Below, one piece after another: positions 9,455-19,147 of a stretch of 64,000 nucleotides of DNA. Below the pieces are notes generated by a model. That model had not been told where the DNA came from. It searched no databases and was given only the letters and a program-made list of their open reading frames with translations. The position numbers and the translations under genes were made by a program. This DNA comes from Vulcanimicrobiota bacterium. GTDB lineage: Bacteria > Vulcanimicrobiota > Vulcanimicrobiia > Vulcanimicrobiales > Vulcanimicrobiaceae. Within the stretch, counting starts at the first letter, position 1. Each line of letters begins with the position of its first letter. The DNA lies in NCBI GenBank assembly GCA_963711625.1, contig OY970207.1, forward strand, positions 2,914,029 to 2,978,028, in the 5' to 3' direction.

Positions 9455-11566
9455 TTAGAAGTCGTACTCCAGCATAGCGCGGCTATATTTGAAGATGGGA
9501 AGGCCGCCGAGTTCCGTCGACCCGATCGACGACCCGGCCGGACAGTTCGTAGCGGCCGCGCCGCAGAATGTGTTCGAGAGGTCGCGCTCGCCGTAGCGAT
9601 AGCGCAGGAGCAGCCCGCGATAGGCCCCCGGGCCGACGTGACTGAACCGGTAGCGGCCGTCGAACCACCAGATCTTGGTGTTTTCCGAAGCGAGCGCGTT
9701 GCCGTAGTCGTACCACGCGTCGGCCGCCTGGACGATCCACTTCTTATTGGTCGACGTGAACGTCAACGTCGCTTGCCACGACGTTCCGGGTGCGCGCCGG
9801 TCGGGCTGCCCCTGCAAGAAGTTCGTGGTATAGAACGGATCGCTCGTCGTGTTGTCGGTATACGGACCTGCCCAGCCGCCGTAGTAGATCTGCGTCGTGC
9901 CGTCCTTATTGTTGAAGCACTGGCCGGCGTTGAGCGGCAGGAAGTATGCGAGCGTCGCCTTCGCGGTAATTTGATTGTTCGTGTTGCTGCAGGTCACACC
10001 CGCGGGCAGAAAGACGCTATCGTTCTTCCACGGGACCGAATCGTAGCCGACGGTGAGCAGGAAGTTCTTGGTAATGTTGGCGCCGATCTGCGCGCCGATG
10101 GCCTGGCTATCGACCTTGCCGATGTAGGACTGTCCGCTGTTTTCCTCCCAGCCGCCTTGCATGGCGACGAACGGCGCCCACTTGCCGTGGAACGTGTACT
10201 TAGCGTCGAACCACGACATGTTGACGAGATCGGCGACGTTGTAGTAGTAGCCGTTGGCGGATAGTCCAGTACCGGACGGATTGGTATATCCCGCTCGCGC
10301 CATCGTAAAGCCGTCGGTAAAAATTCCGTTGCCGCCCGGAACGACGATGTTGGCGGGCAGTCCCGCGTTGCCGGCCGGGTAACCCGTCAGCAACGTCTGG
10401 CGGCTGAACGCCGAGCTGGTACGCGGCTCGAACGCCAGCATGTCGGCACCGCCGACGTTCCAGCCGGACGGCGCCGTGTAGTTGAGGTAGCCGCCTTCAA
10501 ACGCCTGCGGCTTGAGCCGTGTATCGGCCGGATTCGCCCATGGCGACGTAAAGAGAATGTTGCCCATCGCACCGTCGAAGCCGTGCGCCTTGTAGGCGAG
10601 ATACGCTTCGTAGAACGTGCTCAGCGTGAAGCCGGGCACGGTGTCGTCGGGATTGGTGTTGGGCGGAACTTGCTGCACGCAGTTCGGCGACGGCTCCGGC
10701 GCGTTCTTTGAGATGGTTCTGCGGGACGACGCACGGGCCATCCATCGGATTGGCGTAGAGGTACGTGCCGCCGACGTCCCAGCCCGAGTTTGCGAAGTTG
10801 TAGTCGCCGTGCACGGCGATCGCGCTGTTCCACGTCGCCTGGTTGACCGCGTTGTTGTTGTACTTTGCGCCCGGCGCGAAGTCGAACTGCGTTCCCGGAT
10901 TGTTCGACGCGTTCTGCCGCGTGAAGTAGTACGAGCGGAAGATATCCGCCGAGCGTCAGCGGATTGGGCGTCGGCGGCGGCGGCGCGACCGTCGCCTCGG
11001 GAACGGGGGGCGGTGGCGGCGGGGAAGGAGCCTCGGTCGGCGGCGGCGTCGCCGGAACGTATCGCACCACGACCAAACGCCTGTCGGGAACCCACTGCAC
11101 GTAGGCGCCCATGCCCTCGGAGATCACGCGGATCGGCACCAGCACCACGCCGTGGTACACGATCGGCGGAACGTCGAGCGGACGCGATTCGCCGTTGACG
11201 ATGACCTCGGGTTTGCCGACGGTCACCACGACTTCCGCGCCCGGTTTGGAGATGGTGGCGGTTTGCCCCGCAGCGATCGTACGAGACCGAGGCTCCCATC
11301 TGCTCGAACATCGAGCGCAACGGTACGTAGATCGTTCCGCCGCGGGCCAGCGCCGCCAGTACGCGCCCCTGCTTAAGGGTGTCGGGCGTGGCATAGACGT
11401 GACGGTCGTTGTAGAGAATCGGGATCGCCCCGGACGGGGGCGATCCGAAATCGGCCGCGGGCGTCGAGCCCTGTGCCACCGGTGTAGCCTGTGTTGCCGC
11501 CGGGGCCGCGGTCGGACTCAACGCCAGGACGCCCCAAACAGAGCGCCGGCAATAGCCGACCTTCAT
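9455..11566 (-). CDS. porin-like outer-membrane beta-barrel protein with an N-terminal copper-amine-oxidase-N (stalk)-like domain and Pro-rich linker, paralog 1 (about 3 frame breaks near 10700, 10935 and 11285)
   Basis: Signal peptide. ILYNDRHVYATPDTLKQGRVLAALARGGTIYVPLRSMFEQMGASV and VIVNGESRPLDVPPIVYHGVVLVPIRVISEGMGAYVQWVP form a two-repeat Cu_amine_oxidN1-like pattern. Linker PATPPPTEAPSPPPPPPVPEATVAPPPPTPNP. A ~480-aa Gly/Asn/Tyr-rich region with alternating pattern ends ...GGLPIFKYSRAMLEYDF*, with the terminal Phe typical of OMPs. Confidence 0.7.
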   Translation of the reverse strand: MKVGYCRRSVWGVLALSPTAAPAATQATPVAQGSTPAADFGSPPSGAIPILYNDRHVYATPDTLKQGRVLAALARGGTIYVPLRSMFEQMGASVSYDRCGANRHHLQTGRGSRGDRRQTRGHRQRRIASARRSADRVPRRGAGADPRDLRGHGRLRAVGSRQAFGRGAIRSGDAAADRGSFPAATAPRSRGDGRAAAADAQSADARRISSARTTSRGRTRRTIRERSSTSRRAQSTTTTRSTRRRGTARSPCTATTTSQTRAGTSAARTSTPIRWMARASSRRTISKNAPEPSPNCVQQVPPNTNPDDTVPGFTLSTFYEAYLAYKAHGFDGAMGNILFTSPWANPADTRLKPQAFEGGYLNYTAPSGWNVGGADMLAFEPRTSSAFSRQTLLTGYPAGNAGLPANIVVPGGNGIFTDGFTMARAGYTNPSGTGLSANGYYYNVADLVNMSWFDAKYTFHGKWAPFVAMQGGWEENSGQSYIGKVDSQAIGAQIGANITKNFLLTVGYDSVPWKNDSVFLPAGVTCSNTNNQITAKATLAYFLPLNAGQCFNNKDGTTQIYYGGWAGPYTDNTTSDPFYTTNFLQGQPDRRAPGTSWQATLTFTSTNKKWIVQAADAWYDYGNALASENTKIWWFDGRYRFSHVGPGAYRGLLLRYRYGERDLSNTFCGAAATNCPAGSSIGSTELGGLPIFKYSRAMLEYDF

Positions 11567-11594
11567 CGCGAGCAGGAACCTCCTCTTAAGCAGA

Positions 11595-11644
11595 AGTGAC
11601 TCAAATCAATATTCTGCGTCAACGATTGATGACTATGAGTCACT
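11595..11644 (-). promoter_or_regulatory. long imperfect inverted repeat (operator or 5'-UTR hairpin) just upstream of the porin paralog 1 RBS
   Basis: AGTGACTCA (11595-11603) and TGAGTCACT (11636-11644) are perfect 9-bp arms, with inner arms ATCAAT/ATTGAT. The region is AT-rich in an otherwise GC-rich genome. The RBS AAGAGGAGG follows on the minus strand. Confidence 0.4.
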
Positions 11645-11661
11645 AATCCTGTCTCTGCTCG

Positions 11662-11698
11662 AAAAAGAAAACCGCCCGGCCGAGATCCGGCCGGGCCT
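11662..11698 (-). terminator. rho-independent terminator after porin paralog 2
   Basis: Minus-strand RNA reads GGCCCGGCCGG-AUCU-CGGCCGGGCGG followed by UUUUCUUUUUCG. It lies 30 nt after the TAG stop at 11727-11729. Confidence 0.75.
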
Positions 11699-11726
11699 TT
11701 CGCGTGCGTTTCGTTTGGGGCGAGGT

Positions 11727-13829
11727 CTAGAAGTCGTACTCGAGCTGAGCGCGGTTGTACTTGAAGAGCGGAAGGCCGCCGAACTCGGTCGAGCCGATCG
11801 AGGTGCCGTCCGGACACGTCGTGTCCGCCGCGCCGCAGAACGTGTTCGAAAGCGAACGCTGCGCGTAGCGGTAGCGCAACAGCAGCCCCCGATACGGGCC
11901 CTTCGTGACCGCGCTGAAGTGATACTGGCCGTCCAGGGTCCACTCGTTCGTGTTCTCCGGCGCCAGCGCGTTGCCGTAGTTGAACCACGCATCGGCCGCG
12001 ATGAATACCCACCGCTTGTTCGTCGAGGTGAACGTCAGGCCGACCTCGATACGACGTTCCGGGCGCGCGGCGGTCCGGCATGCCTTGCGAGATCTGCGTG
12101 GTGAAGAACGGATCGCGTCGCGTAGCCGTCGGTGTACGGGCTCGCCCATCCGCCGTAGTAGATCTGCGTCGTGTCCGTTGGGGTTGTTGAAGCACTGCGC
12201 CGCGTTGGTCGGCAAGCAGGTAGGCCAGCGTCGCGCCCTTCGCGCAGATCTGATAGTTGGAGTTGCTGCAGGTCACGTTCTTCGGCAGGAAGACCGAGTC
12301 GCTCTTCCACGGGACTTGGTCGTATCCGAGCGTTAGCAGCGATGTTCTTCGTGACGTTGGCGCCGATCTGCGCGCCGAAGACCTGGCTGTTGATCTTGCC
12401 GATGTACGACTGACCGTTGTTGCTCTCCGAGCCGCCCTGCAGGGCAATGAACGGCGCCAACCGGCTGCCGCCGAACGTGTACTTTGCCGTCGACCCCACC
12501 ACATGCTCACGATGTCGCTGACGCCGTAGAAGTATCCGTTGGCCGAGATGCCGCGCCGGGTTCGCATAGCCGATCTTGCCCATCGCGAACCCGTCGGTAT
12601 TGATGCCGTTGCCGCCGGGGACGAAGATGTTCGAAGCCAGACCGGGGTTGCCGGCCGGATAGCTCGTCAGCAGGGTCTGACGGCTGAAGTCGGAGCTGGT
12701 GCGGTTCTCGAACGTGAGCATGTCGGCGCCCTCGATCGTCCAGTACGACGGTGCCGTGTAGCCGAGGTCGCCGCCCTGGAAGGCCGCCGGTTTCAGCCGC
12801 GAATCCGACGGGTTGGCCCACGGCGTGTTGAACAGCACGTTACCGAGCGCGCCGTCGAAACCGTGAGCCTTGTACTTCAACGTAGGCTTCGTAGAACGTG
12901 CTCATCGTGAAGCCGGGCAGCGTGTCGTCGGCGTTCGTGTTGGGCGGCGTCTGCGAGACGCAGACAGCACCCTTCGCGTGGTTCGCCGGCACGACGCACG
13001 GGCCATCGATGGGGTTGGCGTAGAGATAGGTGCCCCCGACGTCCCAGCCGGAATTACGCGAACGCGTAATCGCCGTGCGACGGCGATGGCGCTATTCCAC
13101 GTGGCCTGGTTGACGCCGTTCGAGTTGTACTTCGCGCCAGGTGAGAAGTTGAATTGCGTCCCCGGATTGTTCGATGCGTTCTGGCGCGTGAAGTAGTACG
13201 AGCGGAAGTAGCCGCCGAGCTTCAAGGGATTGGGCGTCGGAGGCGGCGGCGCGAGCGTCGCCTCGGGAACGGGCGCCGGCGGCGGCGCGGGCGTCGGCGG
13301 CGGCGGCGTGGCGGGGATGTATCGCACCACGACCAGACGTTTGTCGGGAACCCACTGCACGTAGGCGCCCATGCCTTCGGAGATCACGCGGATCGGCACC
13401 ATCACGACGCCGTTGTACGACGATGGGCGGAACGTCGAGCGGGCGCGACTCGCCGTTGACGATGACCTCGGGCTTGCCGACGGTCACCTTGACCTCGGCA
13501 CCGGGCTTCGAGACCGTCGCCATCTGGCTCGACGGGTCGAACGAGACCGCCGCGCCCATCTGCTCGAACATCGAGCGCAATGGCACGTAGATCGTTCCGT
13601 TGCGCGCGAGCGCCGCTAGCACGCGCCCCTGCTTGAGCACGTCGGGCCTGGAATACACGTGGCGGTCGTTGTAGAGAATCGGAATTTGGCCGGTGGGAGG
13701 CGATCCGAAGTCGGGTGTTGCGTCCGCCTGCGCGACCGGTGTTGCCTGTGTTGCCGCCGGTGCGAGAGCGGGAGCGCCCAGAACGATCGCCGCCGCAACG
13801 ATGCCGGCGCGAACCAACGAAAATGACAC
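11727..13829 (-). CDS. porin-like outer-membrane beta-barrel protein with an N-terminal stalk-like domain, paralog 2 (at least six frame breaks)
   Basis: Same architecture as 9455..11566. MSFSLVRAGIVAAAIVLGAPALA signal; ILYNDRHVYSRPDVLKQGRVLAALARNGTIYVPLRSMFEQMGAAV. The 12902..13405 frame reads uninterrupted from VPIRVISEGMGAYVQWVP through the Pro-rich linker into GGYFRSYYFTRQNASNNPGTQFNF. The C-terminus is ...GGLPLFKYNRAQLEYDF*. Long stretches are near-identical in DNA to paralog 1, e.g. 13322-13400 vs 11060-11140. Confidence 0.7.
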
Positions 13830-13954
13830 GGTTACCTAGTCTCCTCGTGTGGAAAGGAGTTGTGCACTTGCAGATTAGTCTAGCGCTCGCCGATTAAGAC
13901 GCCGTTAACGCGATGCCCGCGTTATGCGCCTACTTGCGTAGCTTAGCAAGCGAG

Positions 13955-14804
13955 CTATCCGAACCGGCCGGTGATGTAATCTTCGGTCCGCTTGTCCCGG
14001 GGCTTGGTGAAGATCGTCGCAGTCGTGTCGGTCTCGAGCAGTTCGCCCGAGCAGGAAGAAGGCGGTGTTGTCGCTGATGCGCGCCGCCTGCTGCATCGAG
14101 TGCGTCACGATGACGACCGTGTACTCTTTTTTGAGCTGCTCGATCAGGTCTTCGATCTTGCTGGTGGCGATGGGATCGAGCGCCGACGCCGGCTCGTCCA
14201 TCAGGATCACTTCGGGGTCGACCGCGAGGCAGCGCGCGATGCAGAGCCGCTGCTGCTGGCCGCCCGAGAGCGCGAGCGCCGACCGGTCGAGGCGATCCTT
14301 CACCTCGTCCCAGAGCGCGGCGCGGCGCAGAGCTGCGCTCGCAGATCTCCATCAACGCGCTGCTGTCGCGCTCGCCGTGAATGCGCGGCCCGTAGACGAC
14401 GTTGTCGAAGATCGGCTTTGGGAAACGGGTTGGGCCGCTGAAAGACCATGCCGATGCGGTAGCGGATGGTCACCGGATCGACGTCCGGTGCGTAGATGTC
14501 GCGATCGTCGAGCAGCACGCGGCCCTCGACGCGCGCGCCCGGCGTCAGGTCGTGCATGCGATTGAGCGCACGAATGAACGTCGACTTTCCGCATCCGGAC
14601 GGACCGATGAGCGCCATCACGCGGTTCGCCGGCACTTTGAGCGATGCGTTCCTGATGGCGTGAAAGGCGCCGTAGTAAACGTCGAGGTCTTTCGACGTTG
14701 ATCTTCGTATCGGTGCGACTGCGCCGGTCGGCGTTCGTCGTACATCGGCCGATCGTTCGTCGCCGCCGCGATGCCCGTCGGCGTTTAAGGAACGTTAAGG
14801 CCAT
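13955..14804 (-). CDS. pstB: phosphate ABC transporter ATP-binding protein (about 4 frame breaks)
   Basis: [108 protein letters not shown]-terminus ...[10 protein letters not shown] by my translation. The ATG overlaps the kinase stop (TAATG). One break looks like a single extra G in gtcGaaaga near 14690. Confidence 0.8.
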
Positions 14805-15992
14805 TACCGGCGTTCGCGTTTGATGCGCATGATCGGCAGGCGAATCGTGAACGCCGTGCCGCGGCCGAGCATCGACTCCGCCGAGATCGATCCGCCGTGC
14901 GCGTCGACGATGCCCTTGACGATCGCGAGGCCGAGGCCGGCGCCGCCGCTTCCGCGCGTGCGCGAGCGATCGACCACGTAGAAGCGCTCGAAGATGTGCG
15001 GCAGATCGCGGTACGGTATGCCTTCGCCGGTGTCGCGCACGCGCAGCACGGCGTCGCTGTCGCGCGCGTCGAGCTCGACTCGGATGCGGCCGCCGCCGCG
15101 CGTGTGGCGCAGCGCGTTGTCGATCAGGTTGACGAAGACTTGCGCGAGGCGATCGGGATCGGCTTCGACGCGGACCGGCCGCAGCGCCGCGAGCTCGAGC
15201 TACACGCCCTTGTTCGATGCTTGCTGATCGAACGAGGCGACGATCGGCCGCGCGACCTCTTCGAGATCGACGTCGCGCAGGTCGAGCTTCAGCTGGCCCG
15301 ACTCGGCACGCGCCTGCTCGAGCAGCTGCCCGACGAGCGCGGTCAGCCGGTCGACTTGAGCGAGTGCCTGAGGAACGAACAGATCGCGCGCCTCTTCTTC
15401 GGGCGCCTCGAGCACGGTCTCGAGCATCAGCTTGATCGACGAGAGCGGCGTACGCAGCTCGTGCGAGACGTTGGAGAGAAACTCTTTGCGCGCGCGGTCG
15501 AGGCGGAGGAGCGCCGTCTGGTCGTCGGAGAAGCACGACCACCGACGGCTGCGTCGTCGCCCTCCTCGGTCGATCGGATAGACCGACACGCGATAGGTGC
15601 GCTGGCCCGCCGCGCCGGTGAGCATGCAGCGGCGCTACGGACGCCTCGCCGCGCAGCGCGTCGGCGATCCGCCGCTCGAGCTCGACGTTGGGAATGGCCT
15701 CGATGACGTGCAGATCCGATCGCGCGCGCCGGATCGAAGCCGAACGTCGTTCCCGCGGCCGCATTGGCGAACTCGACTCGGCACTATTGGTCGACCAGAA
15801 CGACGCCGATCGGCAGCGCGCGCACCAGGCGCGCAAACGCCGCATCACCCGGCAGCGGAGCCGCCCGCGGCTGCGCGATGGGCTGCGGCTCTGCGATCGG
15901 CGGCGCCGGCTGGCGCGAGACGCACGCGCAATTCCAAAGCCGCTCGCCAGCCCGGCAAGCGCGGCAATCAGCACCCACTCGAACGGCGTCAA
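14804..15992 (-). CDS. PhoR-like sensor histidine kinase (at least four frame breaks)
   Basis: N-terminal TM FEWVLIAALAGLASGFGIA. H-box FLSNVSHELRTPLSSI. HATPase_c RDTGEGIPYRDLPHIFERFY...GGAGLGLAIVKGIVDAHGGSI. The start (TTG or GTG) overlaps the regulator stop. Confidence 0.75.
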
Positions 15993-16712
15993 GCCTTGAA
16001 CATGTAACCGCGGCTGCGCACGGTGAGGATGTGCCGCGGCGAGCGCGAGTCTTCTTCGATTTTCTCGCGCAGCCAGCGGATGTGCACGCTCACCGTCTGC
16101 TGCTCGCCTTCGAAGTCGTAGCCCCACACCTTGTCGAGCAGCGTCTGCCGCGTCACGACGCGGCCGTGGTTCTCCATCAGCACGCGCAGCAGCCCGAACT
16201 CTTTGGGCGCCAGCGCCACCTCGTGTCCCGCGCACCGTCAGCTGCTGCCGCGACGGATCGAGCACGATGTCGCCGAGCGAGATCGCCTCCTCGTGCCCGG
16301 TTTGGATCGAGCTCTGCCGCCGCAGACGCGCCTTCACCCGCGCTAGGAATTCGTGCAGCGCAAAAGGCTTCGTCACGTAGTCGTCGGCGCCGAGCTCGAG
16401 CGCCAGCACCTTGTCGATCTCCTGATCCTTGGCCGTGAGCATGATGATCGGCACGGGGCTGAACTTGCGAATCTCCTTGCACGCCTCGACGCCGTCGAGC
16501 ACGGGCAGCATGATGTCGAGCACGATCAGGTCGGGCTGCTCGCGCTGCGCCATCGCGATCGCGCTGCGGCCGTCGCCCGCGGTCACGACGGCGTAGCCGC
16601 TGCGTTCCAAGTTGAAGCGCAGCGTCTGGAGGATCGCCGACTCGTCGTCGACGACGAGGATCTTCTTATTGAAGTCCGGGCTTTTGACCAGCGGGATGCG
16701 TGGCGGCTTCAT
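15989..16712 (-). CDS. OmpR/PhoB-family response regulator (frame break near 16225)
   Basis: Receiver KILVVDDESAILQTLRFNLERSGYAVVTAGDG...DLIVLDIMLPVLDG...IMLTAKD...GADDYVTKPF. Winged helix LAPKEFGLLRVLMENHGRVVTRQTLLDKVWGYDFEGEQQTVSVHIRWLREKIE...RGYMFKA*. Confidence 0.85.
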
Positions 16713-17593
16713 CTCCGGCGATTCCGTTCATACGATTTCACTATCGCGCTGTAGTCCAGCGCGCCGTCCCCTCTTGCGGAGCGAGTGGTGTAGAGTTGGT
16801 AGGCCAGCCCCGTGGCCGGCATCGGAAAGTCGAACGCGCGCGCGGCTTCGAGCGCCGCCGCGAGATCCTTGCGCAGCAGATCGAGCGCGAACCCGCCGTC
16901 GAGCTTGCCGGCGAGCCACGTCTTCGGCAGCCACTCTGCCGAGCAGGTAGTTCGAGGCCGTCGCGGTCGCGAGCACCGCGCGCACGCTGTCGAGATCGGC
17001 ACCGGATCGCTGCGCGAAGACGAGCCCCTCGACGTTGGCGATCATGACGTTGGCGATGATGATCTGATTGACGAGCTTGACCGTCTCGCCCATACCAACC
17101 GGCCCGAGGTGATGGGGGTTGCCCATGGCGCGCAGCACCGGCTCGGCGCGCGCGTACGTTTGCGCCGACGCGCCGACCATGATCGTCAGGGTGCCGTCGC
17201 GTGCGCGAACGGGACCGCCGCTGACCGGCGCGTCGACGAACTCCACTCCGCGCTCGGCGAGGCGCTCGCGCGAAGTGCCGGCTCGAGCACCGGAGAGATC
17301 GTCGACATGTCGATGACGAGCGACCCGGGGCGCGCCCCTTGCGCGACGCCGCGCGCTCCGAAGAGCGCTTCTTCGACTTGCGGCGCGTCGGGAACGCACA
17401 GGATCACGGCGTCGCTGCCGGCGGCCGCGCCGGCGGGATCGGCCGCCTCGGAGACGCCGTCGGCGCGCAGGCGTTCGAACGCGTCGCGGCTGCGATGCAC
17501 GCTCGCGGCCACGTCGAATCCCGCCCTGCGCAACGAGCGGGCCATCGGCTCGCCCATCGCGCCCAACCCGACGAATCCGACGCGCGCAATCAC
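16709..17593 (-). CDS. NAD(P)-dependent 3-hydroxyisobutyrate/2-hydroxy-3-oxopropionate reductase family dehydrogenase (frame breaks near 16940 and 17290)
   Basis: Rossmann motif RVGFVGLGAMGEPMARSL. FVDAPVSGGPVRARDGTLTIMVGA. GMGETVKLVNQIIIANVMIANVEGLVFA. C-terminus LDLLRKDLAAALEAARAFDFPMPATGLAYQLY. ATGA overlap with the regulator start. Confidence 0.75.
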
Positions 17594-17655
17594 GCCCGGC
17601 CATTTGGGCGCGGCCTCAGGATAACCTTCGAGGGGCGGCGAAGGCGCGAGGCACC

Positions 17656-18584
17656 ATGACAGCAACCGTATCGCCTTCGGTCAAACGCCCCACGTTCGAC
17701 GACATGAACCTCTCGATCGGCAAGCGCACCCGCCTGCACCGCTTCATGTACGAACACGGTCCGGCAAACGGGACGCTGATGATGCTGCCGATCGATCAGG
17801 GCCTCGAGCACGGGCCGATCGACTTCTTCGACAATCCGGACGCGATCGACACGGACTGGATCTACCGCCTGGCGGTGGAGGGCAATTTCTCCGGCATCGC
17901 GCTCCACGTCGGGCTTGGCCGAGAAGTATCAGCAGGCGTACGCCGGTCGCGTGCCGCTGCTGCTGAAGGTCAACGGAAAAACGAACATCCCGCCCGACGA
18001 CGAGGCGTTCAGTCCGCTGACGTCGTCGGTCGAAGACGCGGTTCGCCTAGGCGCCGACGCCGTCGGTTACACGCTCTACGTCGGCAGCCCCGCGCAAGAG
18101 TTAGACATCGCGCAGTGCAACGAAGTACGCCGCGACTGCGACCGCTTCGGCATGCCGCTGGTCGTCTGGGCGTATCCGCGCGGCTCGGCCGTCAAGGCGA
18201 AGGGCGGCATCGATTCGCTCTACGCCGTCGACTATGCGGCGCGCGTCGCGTGCGAGATGGGCGCCGACGTCATCAAGCTCAACGAGCCCGTGTGGAAGCC
18301 CGACGATGCCGCGAAGCTGCCGAAGCCGTACGACACGCTCGCGTTCGACGACGTCGACGGCCTGCGCAAGGTCGTGAAGTCCGCCGGCCGCAGCCTCGTG
18401 CTCGTCTCGGGCGGCAGCAAGATGGGCGACGACGCGACCGATTCACAAGGCCCACATCGCGATGGCCGCCGGTTGCGTGGGCCTCATCTTCGGACGCAAC
18501 ATGTGGCAGCGCAAGTGGAATGAGGCGCTTGCGATGGCGACGCAGATTCACAACGTCATGGACGACTACGGACAATCGCAGTAG
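17656..18584 (+). CDS. class I fructose-bisphosphate aldolase family protein (DhnA/FbaB type; frame breaks near 17915 and 18440)
   Basis: [68 protein letters not shown]-terminus [26 protein letters not shown]...DDYGQSQ* by my translation. Confidence 0.75.
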
Positions 18585-18590
18585 CCGTCT

Positions 18591-18680
18591 TGTCACCCTG
18601 AGCAGCGCCGCAAAGCGGCACCCTTCGACTCGCTTCGCTCGCTCAGGACAAGCTGTGTCGAAGGGCGTGCTGAGTTCGCG
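18591..18680. repeat. palindromic REP/MITE-like intergenic element (single copy in this window)
   Basis: tgtcaccctgagcagcgccgcaaagcggcacccttcgactcgcttcgctcgctcaggacaagctgtgtcgaagggcgtgctgag. CCCTTCGAC (18621-29) pairs with GTCGAAGGG (18657-65). CCTGAG (18597-602) pairs with CTCAGG (18642-47). It sits in a ~300-nt non-coding gap between convergent genes. Confidence 0.4.
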
Positions 18681-18883
18681 CGCTACATACCGCATCGGGG
18701 CCGCTCGTCGCCCACCTCCTGTGGGCTCCTGCTTAACCGCGCTCGCGCCACCTGCTGAGGTAGGTCATGACATCCGTGTCAATGGCGCTCGCGTCGGAAG
18801 CCCCTCTGTGGTACGTAGCGCGCGGCTGCACGCGCTTCGAACGCGCCTTTGCCGTGCCGCTTAGGGAGACAGTTGCTAAAAAG

Positions 18884-19147
18884 TTAGTGTGCTGTTGCGT
18901 GGGCGGCGGCAGCGCAGTGCGCGCACTGCCAGCCCACGGCGCCGCCATGATCCTGCGGCACCATCTGATCGCGCGACCCGCGCCGGCCGCAGACGCCGCA
19001 CGCATAGGTCGATCCGGCGGGAGCCGGGCCGTCGGAACGCTCGTTCCGCTTCGCGATGTAAACGGTGAGATAGATCAGCAGGCCGACGACCCACGGCGCC
19101 CACGCGAAGAAACTGTCGAAGGTGTGGCTGGAGACCTGCGGGTTCAC
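18884..19147 (-). CDS. small membrane-anchored zinc-ribbon protein (hypothetical)
   Basis: 87 codons from the GTG that overlaps the ferredoxin stop (GTGA). One TM helix, FFAWAPWVVGLLIYLTVYIA, then YACGVCGR...WQCAHC (two CxxC pairs). Confidence 0.5.
   Translation of the reverse strand: MNPQVSSHTFDSFFAWAPWVVGLLIYLTVYIAKRNERSDGPAPAGSTYACGVCGRRGSRDQMVPQDHGGAVGWQCAHCAAAAHATAH

Noticed and set aside
11727-13829. Porin paralog 2 as a decaying pseudogene copy, because it has at least six frame breaks against about three in paralog 1.
   Set aside because: The local break density is no higher than in clearly essential genes elsewhere (truB, nrnA, the PBP). The difference cannot be separated from sequence error.
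13906-13950. Two short hairpins (TAACGCG-n5-CGCGTTA and CTTGC-n8-GCAAG) right after the pstB stop, as a possible terminator separating pstB from the porin genes.
   Set aside because: The stems are only 5-7 bp and no U-tract follows. They are too weak to call. The porin 2 promoter could not be located convincingly either.
14352-16712. A 786-aa ORF, and similarly 55063..57639 (858 aa), 33952..36246 (764 aa), 61052..63475 (807 aa) and 5785..7428 (547 aa), that could be read as giant multidomain proteins.
   Set aside because: Each is a chimera. Recognisable segments of two to four neighbouring genes alternate with Arg/Ala/Pro-rich nonsense typical of out-of-frame GC-rich DNA. Stop codons are rare in this composition, so ORF length carries no weight.
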